DNA of 42,684 nucleotides from a virus. Lineage: Duplodnaviria; Heunggongvirae; Uroviricota; Caudoviricetes. A program made the position numbers and the translations under genes. The notes under the pieces were generated by a model, which did no database searches, was not told the origin of the DNA, and saw only the letters and a list, made by a program, of their open reading frames with translations. The DNA is taken from IMG/VR virus record IMGVR_UViG_2529292907_000016, one strand, 5' to 3'. Positions 1-8,960 of this stretch are shown piece by piece. Numbering within the stretch: position 1 is the first letter of the stretch; each line of letters begins with the position of its first letter.

Positions 1-933
1 TCATTCACTCTCTTTCAAACCAGTTTTAACTGTTTGTGGTTTTGGGTAAGGCTGGACTTTGAATAGCTTTGTGTTAAGGCGTTTTCTGGCTCTCTTGTCC
101 AGAAACCGGATGTAACGAAACTGACGGAATTTATGAACACTGGCTCTGTCGATATTAGCCCGCAGATGTTCACCTCGCTGTCCTCCTCGTTTGATTGCAT
201 TCTTGCAAATCTCGTGATACCACTCGCCATCAAGTTCATAGAATGTTGTTTCATGACTGCCTACATAATCAAAATTGCTTGCCTGGTACACGACACCAAG
301 ACAGCCACAACGCTCATCTGCAAACGACTGAACCCACTGCACCTGCGGATAAAGTTGTCTGATTAGTTTGAGCGCGTAACTGATTGCCCTTGATTCGGAG
401 TTTCTCGGCATACAGTCATGCAGCCATAACCGGTTAAGCTCCATATATTCGCGGTTCTGCGTGCCAGTTACGACGCGTGCACCATTGTTTGGATTAAGGG
501 CATAACCCCATTGCATTACGCCAACCAGCTCCCGTTCTGAAAATATGCCCAGATGAAGGTAGGAATTATTTACGAAACGATGGCTGTAATGTTTATTGAC
601 GACGACCAGCCGGGCCAGCCAGCAACTTATTGTCTCAACCCGTAACTCACGGGAGCCATAACCGACGATATTGTCGTTATAGTGAATAAGTTCAGGCGTG
701 CTGATGATACGGGATGTAACTTGCTTTCTGTTCCCCACGACAGGATTTCCTTGTGTATGTGGGGTGCTCTGTGGCGCTCTGAGATGTGATTTGATTGAGG
801 GTTTTACAGCGCGGACATTTAACTTCCAGATAACTGAAGCTGGCTCGTGCCAGTAGCTTGTTACAATGTCGGCACCGTATGTTTCGATACATGGCCGCAT
901 AACCTCCTGCTTTGTTGTTGATATCTTTATCAC
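1..933 (-). CDS. mom: Mom-like DNA modification protein; true start probably near the com stop (~700), not the GTG at 933
   Basis: Last ORF before the prophage right end, overlapping a Com-like zinc-finger ORF in another frame as in Mu com/mom; no canonical start codon seen in frame near com stop. Confidence 0.55.
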   Translation of the reverse strand: MIKISTTKQEVMRPCIETYGADIVTSYWHEPASVIWKLNVRAVKPSIKSHLRAPQSTPHTQGNPVVGNRKQVTSRIISTPELIHYNDNIVGYGSRELRVETISCWLARLVVVNKHYSHRFVNNSYLHLGIFSERELVGVMQWGYALNPNNGARVVTGTQNREYMELNRLWLHDCMPRNSESRAISYALKLIRQLYPQVQWVQSFADERCGCLGVVYQASNFDYVGSHETTFYELDGEWYHEICKNAIKRGGQRGEHLRANIDRASVHKFRQFRYIRFLDKRARKRLNTKLFKVQPYPKPQTVKTGLKESE

Positions 934-937
934 TCAA
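692..937 (-). CDS. com: Com-like zinc-finger translational activator of mom (likely start at ATG 890-892, MYRNIRC...)
   Basis: Motif [10 protein letters not shown]...EVKCPRCK (C4 zinc finger) resembling Mu Com; overlaps mom 5' region. Confidence 0.65.
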   Translation of the reverse strand: MSDKDINNKAGGYAAMYRNIRCRHCNKLLARASFSYLEVKCPRCKTLNQITSQSATEHPTYTRKSCRGEQKASYIPYHQHA

Positions 938-1030
938 TCGATCGACAAAAACGATCGATTTGATTTATTTAATTGATACAACAAATAACACGAAATGTCA
1001 TTAGCGAAAATTTATGAGTTTGATCACTAA
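936..1030. promoter_or_regulatory. Candidate mom/com regulatory region: three GATC sites and a perfect 9-bp inverted repeat (AATCGATCG / CGATCGATT)
   Basis: GATC at ~940, ~953, ~1022 upstream of com; Mu mom promoter is known to be controlled by Dam methylation of upstream GATC sites. Confidence 0.45.
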
Positions 1031-1148
1031 TTTTAAACGGTGCTGTAACGCATAAGTGCTGAATGATTGTACATTTGAATACCGCAAAGCAAACAAATCA
1101 ACTAATTTATAGAAGTCAATTGGTTAATTGCCAGCGTAAGAGGCTGCT

Positions 1149-1442
1149 ATGGACAATCATGTAACGACGAGAAATCGAAAAATGATTGAAAATGCGGAAA
1201 TCTATAATGATTATTTTTCCGATTATTCAGATGCCTGCAAATACAGTTCGAGTGCGGGAGAGTTCATATGCTTCAACTTTTTTATTAAATCTTATGTTTT
1301 TCCTCCACAGCAAGAAGATGGAGGTGTGCCACCTCCTGAAATCACTTTGCACCGTATAGCCTCCGTCTCAATGATGGAGCAACAGGCTAATGAGCTGTAT
1401 AGCATTCTGGGAACGATTCTACAAAAGCGTGAATCGGACTAA
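1149..1442 (+). CDS. Hypothetical protein (97 aa), AT-rich, divergent from com/mom
   Basis: ORF with RBS-like AAGAGG 7 nt upstream of ATG; low-GC relative to flanks. Confidence 0.4.
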   Translation: MDNHVTTRNRKMIENAEIYNDYFSDYSDACKYSSSAGEFICFNFFIKSYVFPPQQEDGGVPPPEITLHRIASVSMMEQQANELYSILGTILQKRESD

Positions 1443-1609
1443 TGATACCGGTTCATTTGCCTGCCCGGATGGGGAAGCAGGATTGACTGCTCCATAAGCA
1501 GCTATATTTCTGAATACGAAATACTATCCAGCGATTACATATGGCTGGATAGCGGCAAAGATGTTTTCATTAGTGTCAAACCGGCAGAGGACACCACCGG
1601 TTTGTATTG

Positions 1610-1864
1610 TTACATCATGGTACTGTCAGTTCCGGGCTGAGCCGGGTCTGGTTGCTCTGGCTGCGCGTCGGTTTTCGGCTCATTATCAGCATCACTGGCC
1701 GCAACTGCTGGCCCAATAAGTTTTGCCAGCACTTCATCAACGTAAGTGTCGATTTGTGCCTCAAAATCCTTGCGGACCTGCGCTTTCAGCAACTTATTTA
1801 CTTCACCGGAATACAGTGCCTGTTTTACCAGGTCTTCAGTGACGGTGCCTTTAATTTCTGGCAT
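1610..1864 (-). CDS. Hypothetical protein (84 aa), acidic Pro-rich C-terminus
   Basis: Strong RBS AAGGAGG upstream of ATG; antisense + ORF 1607..1993 looks like junk. Confidence 0.55.
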   Translation of the reverse strand: MPEIKGTVTEDLVKQALYSGEVNKLLKAQVRKDFEAQIDTYVDEVLAKLIGPAVAASDADNEPKTDAQPEQPDPAQPGTDSTMM

Positions 1865-1899
1865 GTATATCCTCCTTATGCGGGAATAAAGCCCTGCAA

Positions 1900-2094
1900 T
1901 CAGGGCTGGGTCGGGTCTTTTGGGAGCGGAGTTACCTGCGCTGTTTTACTGAGTTTTTCAGCTGCTGCGTCCTCAATTTTGCGGCGAACATAATTTCTGA
2001 TGGCCTTATAACCACCACTCACCAGATATAACGCACATACTGCCGTGCAGAAATACAATAAAATAAGCTGTAAAAATGTCATTATCCCTCCCAA
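1900..2094 (-). CDS. Small membrane protein (64 aa, one N-terminal TM segment)
   Basis: RBS GGGAGGG upstream; hydrophobic stretch FLQLILLYFCTAVCALYLV. Confidence 0.5.
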   Translation of the reverse strand: MGGIMTFLQLILLYFCTAVCALYLVSGGYKAIRNYVRRKIEDAAAEKLSKTAQVTPLPKDPTQP

Positions 2095-2177
2095 TTATTG
2101 ACATGGTGTTGACACCGGTAATATCTGTTAGGTAAAAAGGTGCACTGCATTTTTTGCTTTGGATATAACGATCTTTT

Positions 2178-2220
2178 TGCCGCCGGTTTCTTGTTTTCCC
2201 TTACCGGCGGCATTTTTTTA
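2178..2220 (+). terminator. GC-rich hairpin followed by T7 run (terminator-like on + strand; lies just 3' of the - strand esterase gene)
   Basis: Stem GCCGCCGGT...ACCGGCGGC followed by ATTTTTTTAT on + strand; on the - strand the hairpin is followed by A-rich sequence. Confidence 0.35.
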
Positions 2221-2226
2221 TCCTGC

Positions 2227-4281
2227 TTACGCGTTATTCACTTCCACCACGATACTGTCAATCAGTACCGGGTAAGTCGCATTTTTAGTGATATCGGTCA
2301 CGCGCAACTTGTCTGCCGTAAACGTGCCGACCGGAGACTGCGACAGCATGAATGGTGTCCCGTCCTTACCATCAATGACCGGCGTCACCTCAATACTGTT
2401 GTTACCGGCAAAACGGAAGCCCAGCGTATGCCATTCGTTATTAAATGCGCCGAATGACCCCAGCTTCGTGTTCTGCGCCGTGTTTCCTTTGTGATACATC
2501 ACGTTAAGGTCTGTGGCATCGCTCTGTACGTAGAACGATGCCAGCAGGTTATGACCGGCATTTCCTTCCAGAGTAACCCCTTGCGGCAGGGCAGAAACCG
2601 GCCAGTACAGCGCCAGTGCGTACTGATTAGCCGTAAGCGCGCCATCGAGTTTAAAACGACAACTGACAAGACCACCTTTACCCAGCAGGTCCGCACCATT
2701 ACCAGCATCATGCTCAAGGTACCAGGGGGCTCTTCCTGTTTCCTTGGTCAGTTTCATTGCCTTACCCCCGCTGGCTCCGGCATCATCCACGATTTGAGCC
2801 TTGCCACCTCCGGCAGCCCAACCCTGTGGTGTCAACCGTCCTTCAGACTCAGATGCCCGGTAAGCAAATAGCGTACTCATCGTCGTGGTGTCTGCGGGTG
2901 GCGTGGACGGTTTTGATGGTGTATCAGGTGACGGCTTCTCATCCGGTGGTGTCACGGTCTGCCCGCGCATCAGTTCAGCCGTGCGCCCTGCATGGAGCAT
3001 AATAGCTGAGGCCAGACGGTCTGAAATGACGCCCCTGCGTGCCCATGAGCTGAAATGGCTGTCACGCTGTGTCGAAACAAAACTGCCCTGGGTTCGGGAT
3101 GCTGCACCGTAATACCCGACAGCCACAATATCCGGGTCTTCCGCCGGAGCATTCGTTGGCGTGCTCTGTCCATTCTCATCCGTCAGGAACGGTACAAAGA
3201 AAATTTTCTGTGCTTCCTTGCCTTTGTAGCCACCGTATACTGCCTCATATTTATCGGTGCCAGCGTTTTTCCAGTAATACGTGGTATCTCCGCAAATCCA
3301 CGGCACCGTGGTGGCATTTCCACTCACGCACTGCGCAGCAAGCGGAGCCAGGTCAGTTCTGAACTGCTGAACCATGGCCGTGAATAAACTATTATGCTGC
3401 TGGCTTCCTGAGGCAAGGTCTGCCTCTCCCTGCATCCAGACCACAGCCAGAAGTTTGTTTTTCGGGTTTTTCGCCAGCGCGACTTTGGTGCGGCTTACCA
3501 GGTCCTGATACAGAGGTTTACCGGCCCCCCAGCGTGAAGAATCAGCGGAAGCACCGCTGGCCTCACTGAATGAGCCGTCGGCTCCAGTGGTGAATGCTGA
3601 CCCGCCACGACAACAGGGCACCAGAAGTATCCCGGCATTCTGTGGGATATAGGGAAGCAGTTTTTTGGCAATATGCAACCCCTGACCGACAGTCCCGTAC
3701 TGGCCTTTTGCCAGATCAGCTTTCGGGTGGTTTATCCCGCTCATATCCTGAACATCATGCAGGCAGTGGTCTGCCGGAATGATGTCGTTGTATGTACACG
3801 ACGTACCGTTGGGCGTTACCGTACTGCGGCGTGCCAGTTGCTTAATGCGTGGGTCCGGGCGGTCAAACGAATCCGGTAACGGCAGCCCCTCGCCGTAGGC
3901 CATGCCATTTGACTGACCCGCGAGAATGACAACAAAGTAATATTCCGGCTCTGAACTGCTGCCATTCGTGCTACCGGAAGGCCCGGCGTTATCCGGTGCA
4001 TTCCAGTCGGAGGGCGTGAGCGTTCCGGCCACGTCAGATGTGATTGGAATGATGCCAGTCACGCCTGAACTGGTGATTTCTGCACTGGGATTACCGGATA
4101 CCGGCATTACCCATAATGGCTCTTTCGTGCTGAAGCGGATCACGCAGTCTGCGAAGGTGATCCCCCCTTTATTACCCGAAGGGCGGAAAGGGCTTTCAAT
4201 AAATGCCACCGTGCCACCGGCAACCTTGACTGAAAACTCTCCGGGCATGGCGGAGAGCATTTTCCACTTGGAGTCTGACAT
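2227..4281 (-). CDS. SASA-domain (sialate O-acetylesterase, NanS/NanS-p-like) esterase with Pro/Thr-rich linker and C-terminal beta-rich domain
   Basis: Motifs ILAGQSNGMAYGEG and WMQGEAD typical of SASA family; no signal peptide; linker TPPDEKPSPDTPSKPSTPP. Confidence 0.6.
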   Translation of the reverse strand: MSDSKWKMLSAMPGEFSVKVAGGTVAFIESPFRPSGNKGGITFADCVIRFSTKEPLWVMPVSGNPSAEITSSGVTGIIPITSDVAGTLTPSDWNAPDNAGPSGSTNGSSSEPEYYFVVILAGQSNGMAYGEGLPLPDSFDRPDPRIKQLARRSTVTPNGTSCTYNDIIPADHCLHDVQDMSGINHPKADLAKGQYGTVGQGLHIAKKLLPYIPQNAGILLVPCCRGGSAFTTGADGSFSEASGASADSSRWGAGKPLYQDLVSRTKVALAKNPKNKLLAVVWMQGEADLASGSQQHNSLFTAMVQQFRTDLAPLAAQCVSGNATTVPWICGDTTYYWKNAGTDKYEAVYGGYKGKEAQKIFFVPFLTDENGQSTPTNAPAEDPDIVAVGYYGAASRTQGSFVSTQRDSHFSSWARRGVISDRLASAIMLHAGRTAELMRGQTVTPPDEKPSPDTPSKPSTPPADTTTMSTLFAYRASESEGRLTPQGWAAGGGKAQIVDDAGASGGKAMKLTKETGRAPWYLEHDAGNGADLLGKGGLVSCRFKLDGALTANQYALALYWPVSALPQGVTLEGNAGHNLLASFYVQSDATDLNVMYHKGNTAQNTKLGSFGAFNNEWHTLGFRFAGNNSIEVTPVIDGKDGTPFMLSQSPVGTFTADKLRVTDITKNATYPVLIDSIVVEVNNA

Positions 4282-4355
4282 CGTCTTTTCTGCCTGTTTC
4301 TGAATTAAACAGAGTCAGAATAGCGACCGCTGAAAAATATGTGTTTTGCGGAAAT

Positions 4356-4387
4356 TCAAAAAAGCGTCACGGTACTTTTGGTGACGG
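4356..4387 (-). terminator. Intrinsic terminator at the 3' end of gin
   Basis: Minus-strand RNA: stem CGUCAC/GUGACG with 10-nt loop followed by CUUUUUUG; stem overlaps the last gin codons. Confidence 0.55.
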
Positions 4388-4939
4388 AGCTGGTGAGGCA
4401 GGAAAATAACGATAAAGGGTGGAAAGGCCAATATCAAATATCAGTGCGATTTGTTTACGGGACTCGCCATTAGCCAGCAAACGGGCGATTTGCTCCCGCT
4501 CTTTCTCTGTCAGTTTCTGAGGTCTGCCGCCATGACGCCCCTGAGCACGGGCAGCAGCAAGACCCGCGCGTGTACGTTCAATAATGAGTTCCCGCTCCAT
4601 TTCCGCCAGCGCGCCCATTATATGGAAAAAGAAACGTCCCATGGGAGTGGATGTATCAATATTGTCCGTAATGCTGCGGAAGTTAACGCCGCGTTGCCGG
4701 AGTTCTTCTGTTAAAAGGACAAGGTGCTGCATACTGCGTCCAAGGCGATCCAGTTTCCAGACCAGCAGGGTATCCCCTGGCCGGAGTCGCTTTAATGCGC
4801 GTTTAAGTCCGGGACGCTCCCTTGTCTTACCGCTTATTCTGTCTTCGAAAAACAGCTCACATCCTGCACATTCCAGCGCATTTCTTTGTAGCGCCGTATT
4901 CTGGTCATTTGTTGACACCCTGATATACCCAATCAGCAT
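4367..4939 (-). CDS. gin: Serine DNA invertase (Gin/Hin/Pin/Cin family)
   Basis: N-terminal MLIGYIRVSTNDQ (catalytic Ser region), resolvase fold and C-terminal HTH; adjacent to inverted recombination sites. Confidence 0.9.
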   Translation of the reverse strand: MLIGYIRVSTNDQNTALQRNALECAGCELFFEDRISGKTRERPGLKRALKRLRPGDTLLVWKLDRLGRSMQHLVLLTEELRQRGVNFRSITDNIDTSTPMGRFFFHIMGALAEMERELIIERTRAGLAAARAQGRHGGRPQKLTEKEREQIARLLANGESRKQIALIFDIGLSTLYRYFPASPAPSPKVP

Positions 4940-5004
4940 ACGATTTCCTTATTATAAAAAGCCGGAATTGTCGCATGAGGAATAAAACAGAGTTAATCCT
5001 GGCT

Positions 5005-5030
5005 TTCCTGAAAACCTCGGTTTACGGGAA
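5005..5030. other. gix-like recombination site A (26 bp, 12+2+12, core TC)
   Basis: TTCCTGAAAACC TC GGTTTACGGGAA, an imperfect palindrome matching the Gin/Hin site architecture. Confidence 0.6.
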
Positions 5031-5140
5031 ACGGTAAACAGGGCGGCGAATGCTCTGCCATCGGACGGCACCGCCGTTGCCGCGAATAGACTCGCCACCC
5101 CAAGAAATATTAATGGGGTTCCCTTTGACGGGACGCAGGA
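5019..5140. repeat. Inverted repeat arm (~120 bp) matching 6213..6333
   Basis: ~62 bp near-identical plus ~27 bp identical block in reverse complement, separated by a diverged core. Confidence 0.7.
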
Positions 5141-5378
5141 CATAAACATCACTTCTGGTATAACACAGCAGGATGCGGATTCCCGATATATCCAGGATAT
5201 CAGGCTGGGAGCAGAGAACAGGCAGGTAATGTACGGTGGGGCATATTACTCTGCGTACGGTAATGTTATGGCAGGCCTGCAGATTGACAGTAAAGTTGAT
5301 GCTTCAAACGATTTTATAGCATTCAGACCCCTGCAAAAATTAGTCGGAGGTACATGGATTACGGTATCTCAGTTATAA
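5019..5378 (+). CDS. Alternative tail fibre C-terminal segment (Sv'), no own start; expressed only after inversion
   Basis: Open frame from site A encodes [26 protein letters not shown]..., matching residues of S at the constant/variable junction; stop TAA at 5376-5378. Confidence 0.55.
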   Translation, partial: GLRETVNRAANALPSDGTAVAANRLATPRNINGVPFDGTQDINITSGITQQDADSRYIQDIRLGAENRQVMYGGAYYSAYGNVMAGLQIDSKVDASNDFIAFRPLQKLVGGTWITVSQL

Positions 5379-5429
5379 ATAGTCAGTAAATAATATATTT
5401 TAAAACAGATTTATTTCCAGGAGGATTTT

Positions 5430-5951
5430 ATGGAACTAAAAAATATAACCCGTTATTATCCTGAAAATATGCCATATGGTAATAATGTTCAGTATTTCCA
5501 GAGTGAAGATGGTAAGGATTTCTACGAATCCCTGCCATTATTCACCAAAAAATATAAACTTTGCATAACACCTGACAGCGGCGTTATCTGCTCAATATCA
5601 CAGGACGCCTCGGCGCTGTATCCTGCGGGGTTTTCTGTGGTTGAGGTCGATGAACTCCCTGAAGGCACGGATATTTCAGGAAACTGGAAGTTTGATAATG
5701 GCATAATCTCCCGTATTCCGGTTAACTACGCAAGAAAACTGGAAGCAATGCGCCAGTCATATCTTAATCAGGCATATGAAAAAATTAATGACTGGAGAAC
5801 GGAGCTACAACTGGGCACCATCAGCGATGAAGACAGAGCAGCACTTACCCAATGGATGGCATACATCAGTCAGGTGAAGAAAATGGAACTACCCGCCATT
5901 AAAACAGAAGCTGAATTTAACGCCATTAAATGGCCTGAGCAGCCACAGTAA
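5430..5951 (+). CDS. Tail fibre assembly protein (Tfa/U-like)
   Basis: 173-aa ORF directly after Sv' inside the invertible segment; size and position typical of tail fibre chaperones. Confidence 0.75.
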   Translation: MELKNITRYYPENMPYGNNVQYFQSEDGKDFYESLPLFTKKYKLCITPDSGVICSISQDASALYPAGFSVVEVDELPEGTDISGNWKFDNGIISRIPVNYARKLEAMRQSYLNQAYEKINDWRTELQLGTISDEDRAALTQWMAYISQVKKMELPAIKTEAEFNAIKWPEQPQ

Positions 5952-5982
5952 TAAAGAAGGCCGGAAGGCCTTCTGAATATCA

Positions 5983-6864
5983 TTATATACTTGCAGCCGT
6001 CACCCATGCTCCATTTAACAGATACTGCAACGGCCGGTAATACACGCCGCCGACGTTATCTGCCGTATTCTTACCGACATCCTGTACTTTAATTCCGGTA
6101 AGAACATTGCCGCCCCCCAGATTCAGATCCCAGCTTTCCCATGTTCCGGGCATATGTGCGGTCACCGACCCCAGTCTTATGGCGGTTACTGTTCCTGATG
6201 AGATAGTGATATCCTGCGTCCCGTCAAAGGGAACACCATTAATTGTGTGGGCATTTGCCAGCCTGTTCGCGGCAACGGCGGTGCCGTCCGATGGCAGGGC
6301 ATTCGCCGCCCTGTTTACCGTTTCCCGTAAACCGACGTTATCGATAAAAGCCCCTTTATCCGGAATGTCTGCGCCGTTCTGCTCCCTGCGCAGGTAACGG
6401 TTATCACCTTCGCTTTTGCTGTAAACATCCAGATTATTACGGGCGGTTCCCTTATTCTCCAGGTCGGCGAGATTCTGATCCTTCGCCAGGGCATTAACGT
6501 CAGCGGGACCAAGACTGTTTTTTGTGGCAAGCGTCCCCAGACCAAGATAACCACGGGCCAGACGCTGGGCCTCCGCACCGGCATCAGCAATTTCTTTCAG
6601 GTTATTTTTCCGGGAAAAGGCATTCGCAGCGATAATGGCTTTAATGGACAGCGTAAGCTGGTTTAACTGCGCCTTATCCGGCTGAATACTGGCTTCAGCC
6701 AGAATATTCAGCAGTTCGGCCTGGAGAATATTCAGCCAGTCCTGACCAATCCAGCTGATACCTTTTTGTCCGTCACCTTCGGTAAACCAGGTGGTGGTAT
6801 TACTCTGCGCCGGTGCCAGCGCAGGCATATTCGCCACGCCGGAATTATTATCAACATGAAACAT
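5983..6864 (-). CDS. Tail fibre protein (S-like; constant part 6864..6336 joined to variable part 6335..5983 in this orientation)
   Basis: ORF spans recombination site B; follows the baseplate genes. Confidence 0.75.
   Translation of the reverse strand: MFHVDNNSGVANMPALAPAQSNTTTWFTEGDGQKGISWIGQDWLNILQAELLNILAEASIQPDKAQLNQLTLSIKAIIAANAFSRKNNLKEIADAGAEAQRLARGYLGLGTLATKNSLGPADVNALAKDQNLADLENKGTARNNLDVYSKSEGDNRYLRREQNGADIPDKGAFIDNVGLRETVNRAANALPSDGTAVAANRLANAHTINGVPFDGTQDITISSGTVTAIRLGSVTAHMPGTWESWDLNLGGGNVLTGIKVQDVGKNTADNVGGVYYRPLQYLLNGAWVTAASI
6213..6333. repeat. Inverted repeat arm matching 5019..5140
   Basis: Reverse complement aligns with 5019..5140 (one mismatch in the first 62 bp). Confidence 0.7.
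6322..6347. other. gix-like recombination site B (core GA), inside the tail fibre gene
   Basis: TTCCCGTAAACC GA CGTTATCGATAA; inner half-site is the exact reverse complement of the inner half of site A. Confidence 0.55.
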
Positions 6865-7424
6865 TAAATAGTCTCCTCTTCATGGCTGTTTGCATAAACG
6901 TAAATAAACGTCTGCCATGCAGGCTTATAACGGTTCAGAATACATTCCAGCGCACCGCCTTCATAAATACGCAGCGGCGTGAGAATATCATCCAGCACAT
7001 TCATATTCCGGTAGCCGGTTTCACTGTTAATCGTGACAATACTGACCCACTGCGAATCCGGTGAGGGCTGAATGTCAATCTGATAACCAAACTCCGCCGC
7101 AAACCGGATATAAAATTCACGGTTCAGCGAGGGCTTCATCCGGTATTTATTTCCGGCATAACGCTGTCGCTCCGTGAGGGTGGCTCCGGCCATATCACAC
7201 TCGGGAAGCCCGAGATAACGCTCCCAGTCTTCCAGCAGCAGGCGCGACGTGTCAGGGAAACGCTCGGCAAGCAGCTGTTTACCCGTCCAGGATACACGCG
7301 CTGTCGAATGACTGAGGCCCAGACATAATGATGCCAGTACGGATGACGGACGCTTGTCCCATGCCAGCCCGTCAGGCAGTAACTGCAACAGGGCGCGCTG
7401 ATGCGGGGTCAGGGTTACAGCCAT
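6864..7424 (-). CDS. Tail protein (Mu gp48-like)
   Basis: Position between baseplate J-like gene and tail fibre, as in Mu. Confidence 0.55.
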   Translation of the reverse strand: MAVTLTPHQRALLQLLPDGLAWDKRPSSVLASLCLGLSHSTARVSWTGKQLLAERFPDTSRLLLEDWERYLGLPECDMAGATLTERQRYAGNKYRMKPSLNREFYIRFAAEFGYQIDIQPSPDSQWVSIVTINSETGYRNMNVLDDILTPLRIYEGGALECILNRYKPAWQTFIYVYANSHEEETI

Positions 7425-8497
7425 GTGATTTCTCCTACCGTCAGCAGCTCACTGTCTCCCGCCTGAACTGACGTCAGCGGACTGCGCACTTCAAAATCCT
7501 CCAGATTTTTCACCCCTGCCACCGCCCGCCAGAAAGACGACGGCAGAACCAGACCGCCGGGCCGGGATTCGTTATACAACAGGTCGGTCAGCGCCTGTTT
7601 TACGGCCGCCTGATTCTCCGGTGTTTTCGGGATGATCCTGATGCTGAAGGGCACCGGCTTATTGGTCAGTTTAAACACGGTCACCGTCGGCCCCAGAGGC
7701 TGTCCGACAGGCTGGCCGGTCGCCGGATCATCATGACTGCGGATATAATCCGCCACCCGCTGAACATCACCGTCACCGGGGAAAATATCCGGGTTATTAT
7801 CCTGAACAAACGTTACCCCCACGCTGCCCGCCTGCGGCCATTCCGGGCGGCACCATGCCCGCGTCACGCCCGGCACTTCACGCGCCCAGCGTTCAAAATC
7901 ATACTGCGTGCCGCCGGACGGTGGATTCTGCACCCGGAAAACCAGACGGGAAAGCAGCTCCGGCACGGTTTCCACATCCGCACCACCGGTGATCCCCGTT
8001 CCGGTCACCGTGGCCGTCTGGTTGATCCCCGCCTGCGGTGTGATAAATGTCAGTTTTGTCCCTGCCGGGGCATTCCCCGCACGACCGGCACTTTCGGCTT
8101 CCACACTGACATTCAGCGTACCGGCCTTACCGGTCAGGGAGGTGGTGATACGGTAAACCACGCCATCACTTCGCTGGAGAAGCACACCTTCCTTGATCCC
8201 CGCATCCGTGGTCAGCATCAGCTGAACCGGCCCGTCCCCCCGAGAGGCAGGCTTACGCATGACGCCCCAGAATGCACAGTGTTTCAGCAGTTCGGCTTCA
8301 TCGGCTTCGGTCGGGATGATCTGACGCGCAATCCAGGCCAGATGCTCATGCTCCTGAGCAGATAACCCTGCCTGAGCGTAAGCAATGGCATTCAGGGTGG
8401 TTTCATTCACACCCGGCTGCGAGCCGGGCAGGCGCTGGCTGATATCCTGCTGTGTCTGCGTGATTAACTGTGCCAGCGGTAAAGGCTGATAAGGCAT
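7415..8497 (-). CDS. Baseplate J-like protein (Mu gp47-like)
   Basis: 360-aa ORF in the baseplate cluster; synteny. Confidence 0.7.
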   Translation of the reverse strand: MPYQPLPLAQLITQTQQDISQRLPGSQPGVNETTLNAIAYAQAGLSAQEHEHLAWIARQIIPTEADEAELLKHCAFWGVMRKPASRGDGPVQLMLTTDAGIKEGVLLQRSDGVVYRITTSLTGKAGTLNVSVEAESAGRAGNAPAGTKLTFITPQAGINQTATVTGTGITGGADVETVPELLSRLVFRVQNPPSGGTQYDFERWAREVPGVTRAWCRPEWPQAGSVGVTFVQDNNPDIFPGDGDVQRVADYIRSHDDPATGQPVGQPLGPTVTVFKLTNKPVPFSIRIIPKTPENQAAVKQALTDLLYNESRPGGLVLPSSFWRAVAGVKNLEDFEVRSPLTSVQAGDSELLTVGEITWL

Positions 8498-8934
8498 TAC
8501 TCCCCCTTAAGATCAGCATAAAAAATCATGGGCCTCACTGAACCATCAGGCAGGGTTATGCGCACCGAAAGCGCCAGCCGCGCGTGTCCCACACGTTCTG
8601 CATGACAGACCACGGATGACGCCACGCCATCCTGACTGAGCCAGCCCAGCGCCTCATCCGCGTAAGCACGGGCACGGCTTATCACCGAGGCCAGCGTTTT
8701 TTCCCGGCTGAGAAGCCACAGACGGGAGCCAATGGGGCGCGGGCGAAAACTGTCTCCCCACCATCCCCGGCGGTCGCGCGTACCGTCAGGGATTTCATCC
8801 GATGCCAGCGCCCGGCGGTCAGTAAACAGCGAAATCAGAACGGCCGTCAGCAGACTGTCATCCGTCAGCAGGTCGGCACCGTTCAGTTGCAGCGAACCGC
8901 ATCCCTGATCCCACACAATTGCAATATCAGCCAT
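8497..8934 (-). CDS. Baseplate protein (Mu gp46/W-like)
   Basis: 145-aa ORF after the spike gene; native ATG overlaps the reconstructed stop of the upstream gene (ATGGCTGA). Confidence 0.65.
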   Translation of the reverse strand: MADIAIVWDQGCGSLQLNGADLLTDDSLLTAVLISLFTDRRALASDEIPDGTRDRRGWWGDSFRPRPIGSRLWLLSREKTLASVISRARAYADEALGWLSQDGVASSVVCHAERVGHARLALSVRITLPDGSVRPMIFYADLKGE

Positions 8935-8952
8935 TCTCCGGCACTCCTGTCT

Positions 8953-8960
8953 TACTGCCT
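8953..8960. repeat. 8-bp target site duplication TACTGCCT (IS66 element, lower side)
   Basis: Identical 8-mer directly flanks both ends of the element. Confidence 0.65.

Larger units (their letters stand above)
5018..6335. other. Invertible DNA segment (~1.3 kb, G-segment-like) carrying alternative tail fibre C-termini
   Basis: Bounded by inverted gix-like sites next to gin; contains Sv' + tfa on + strand and Sv on - strand. Confidence 0.6.

Noticed and set aside
1-933. Full 310-aa ORF as Mom starting at GTG 933
   Set aside because: The first ~75 codons overlap com in another frame upstream of the likely mom start.
2178-2220. Hairpin as the terminator of the esterase gene
   Set aside because: The T-run follows the stem only on the + strand, so it was kept as low-confidence rather than assigned to the esterase.
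4952-5152. ORFs 4952..5152 (-) and 6107..6397 (+) sharing [11 protein letters not shown]...
   Set aside because: Both are off-frame translations of the two inverted-repeat arms, not genes.
7733-8365. + strand ORFs such as 7733..8365, 13662..14222, 14811..15311, 14987..15439, 21498..22055, 26152..26751, 28699..29319
   Set aside because: All are antisense to long - strand structural genes and Arg/Pro/His-rich; treated as spurious.
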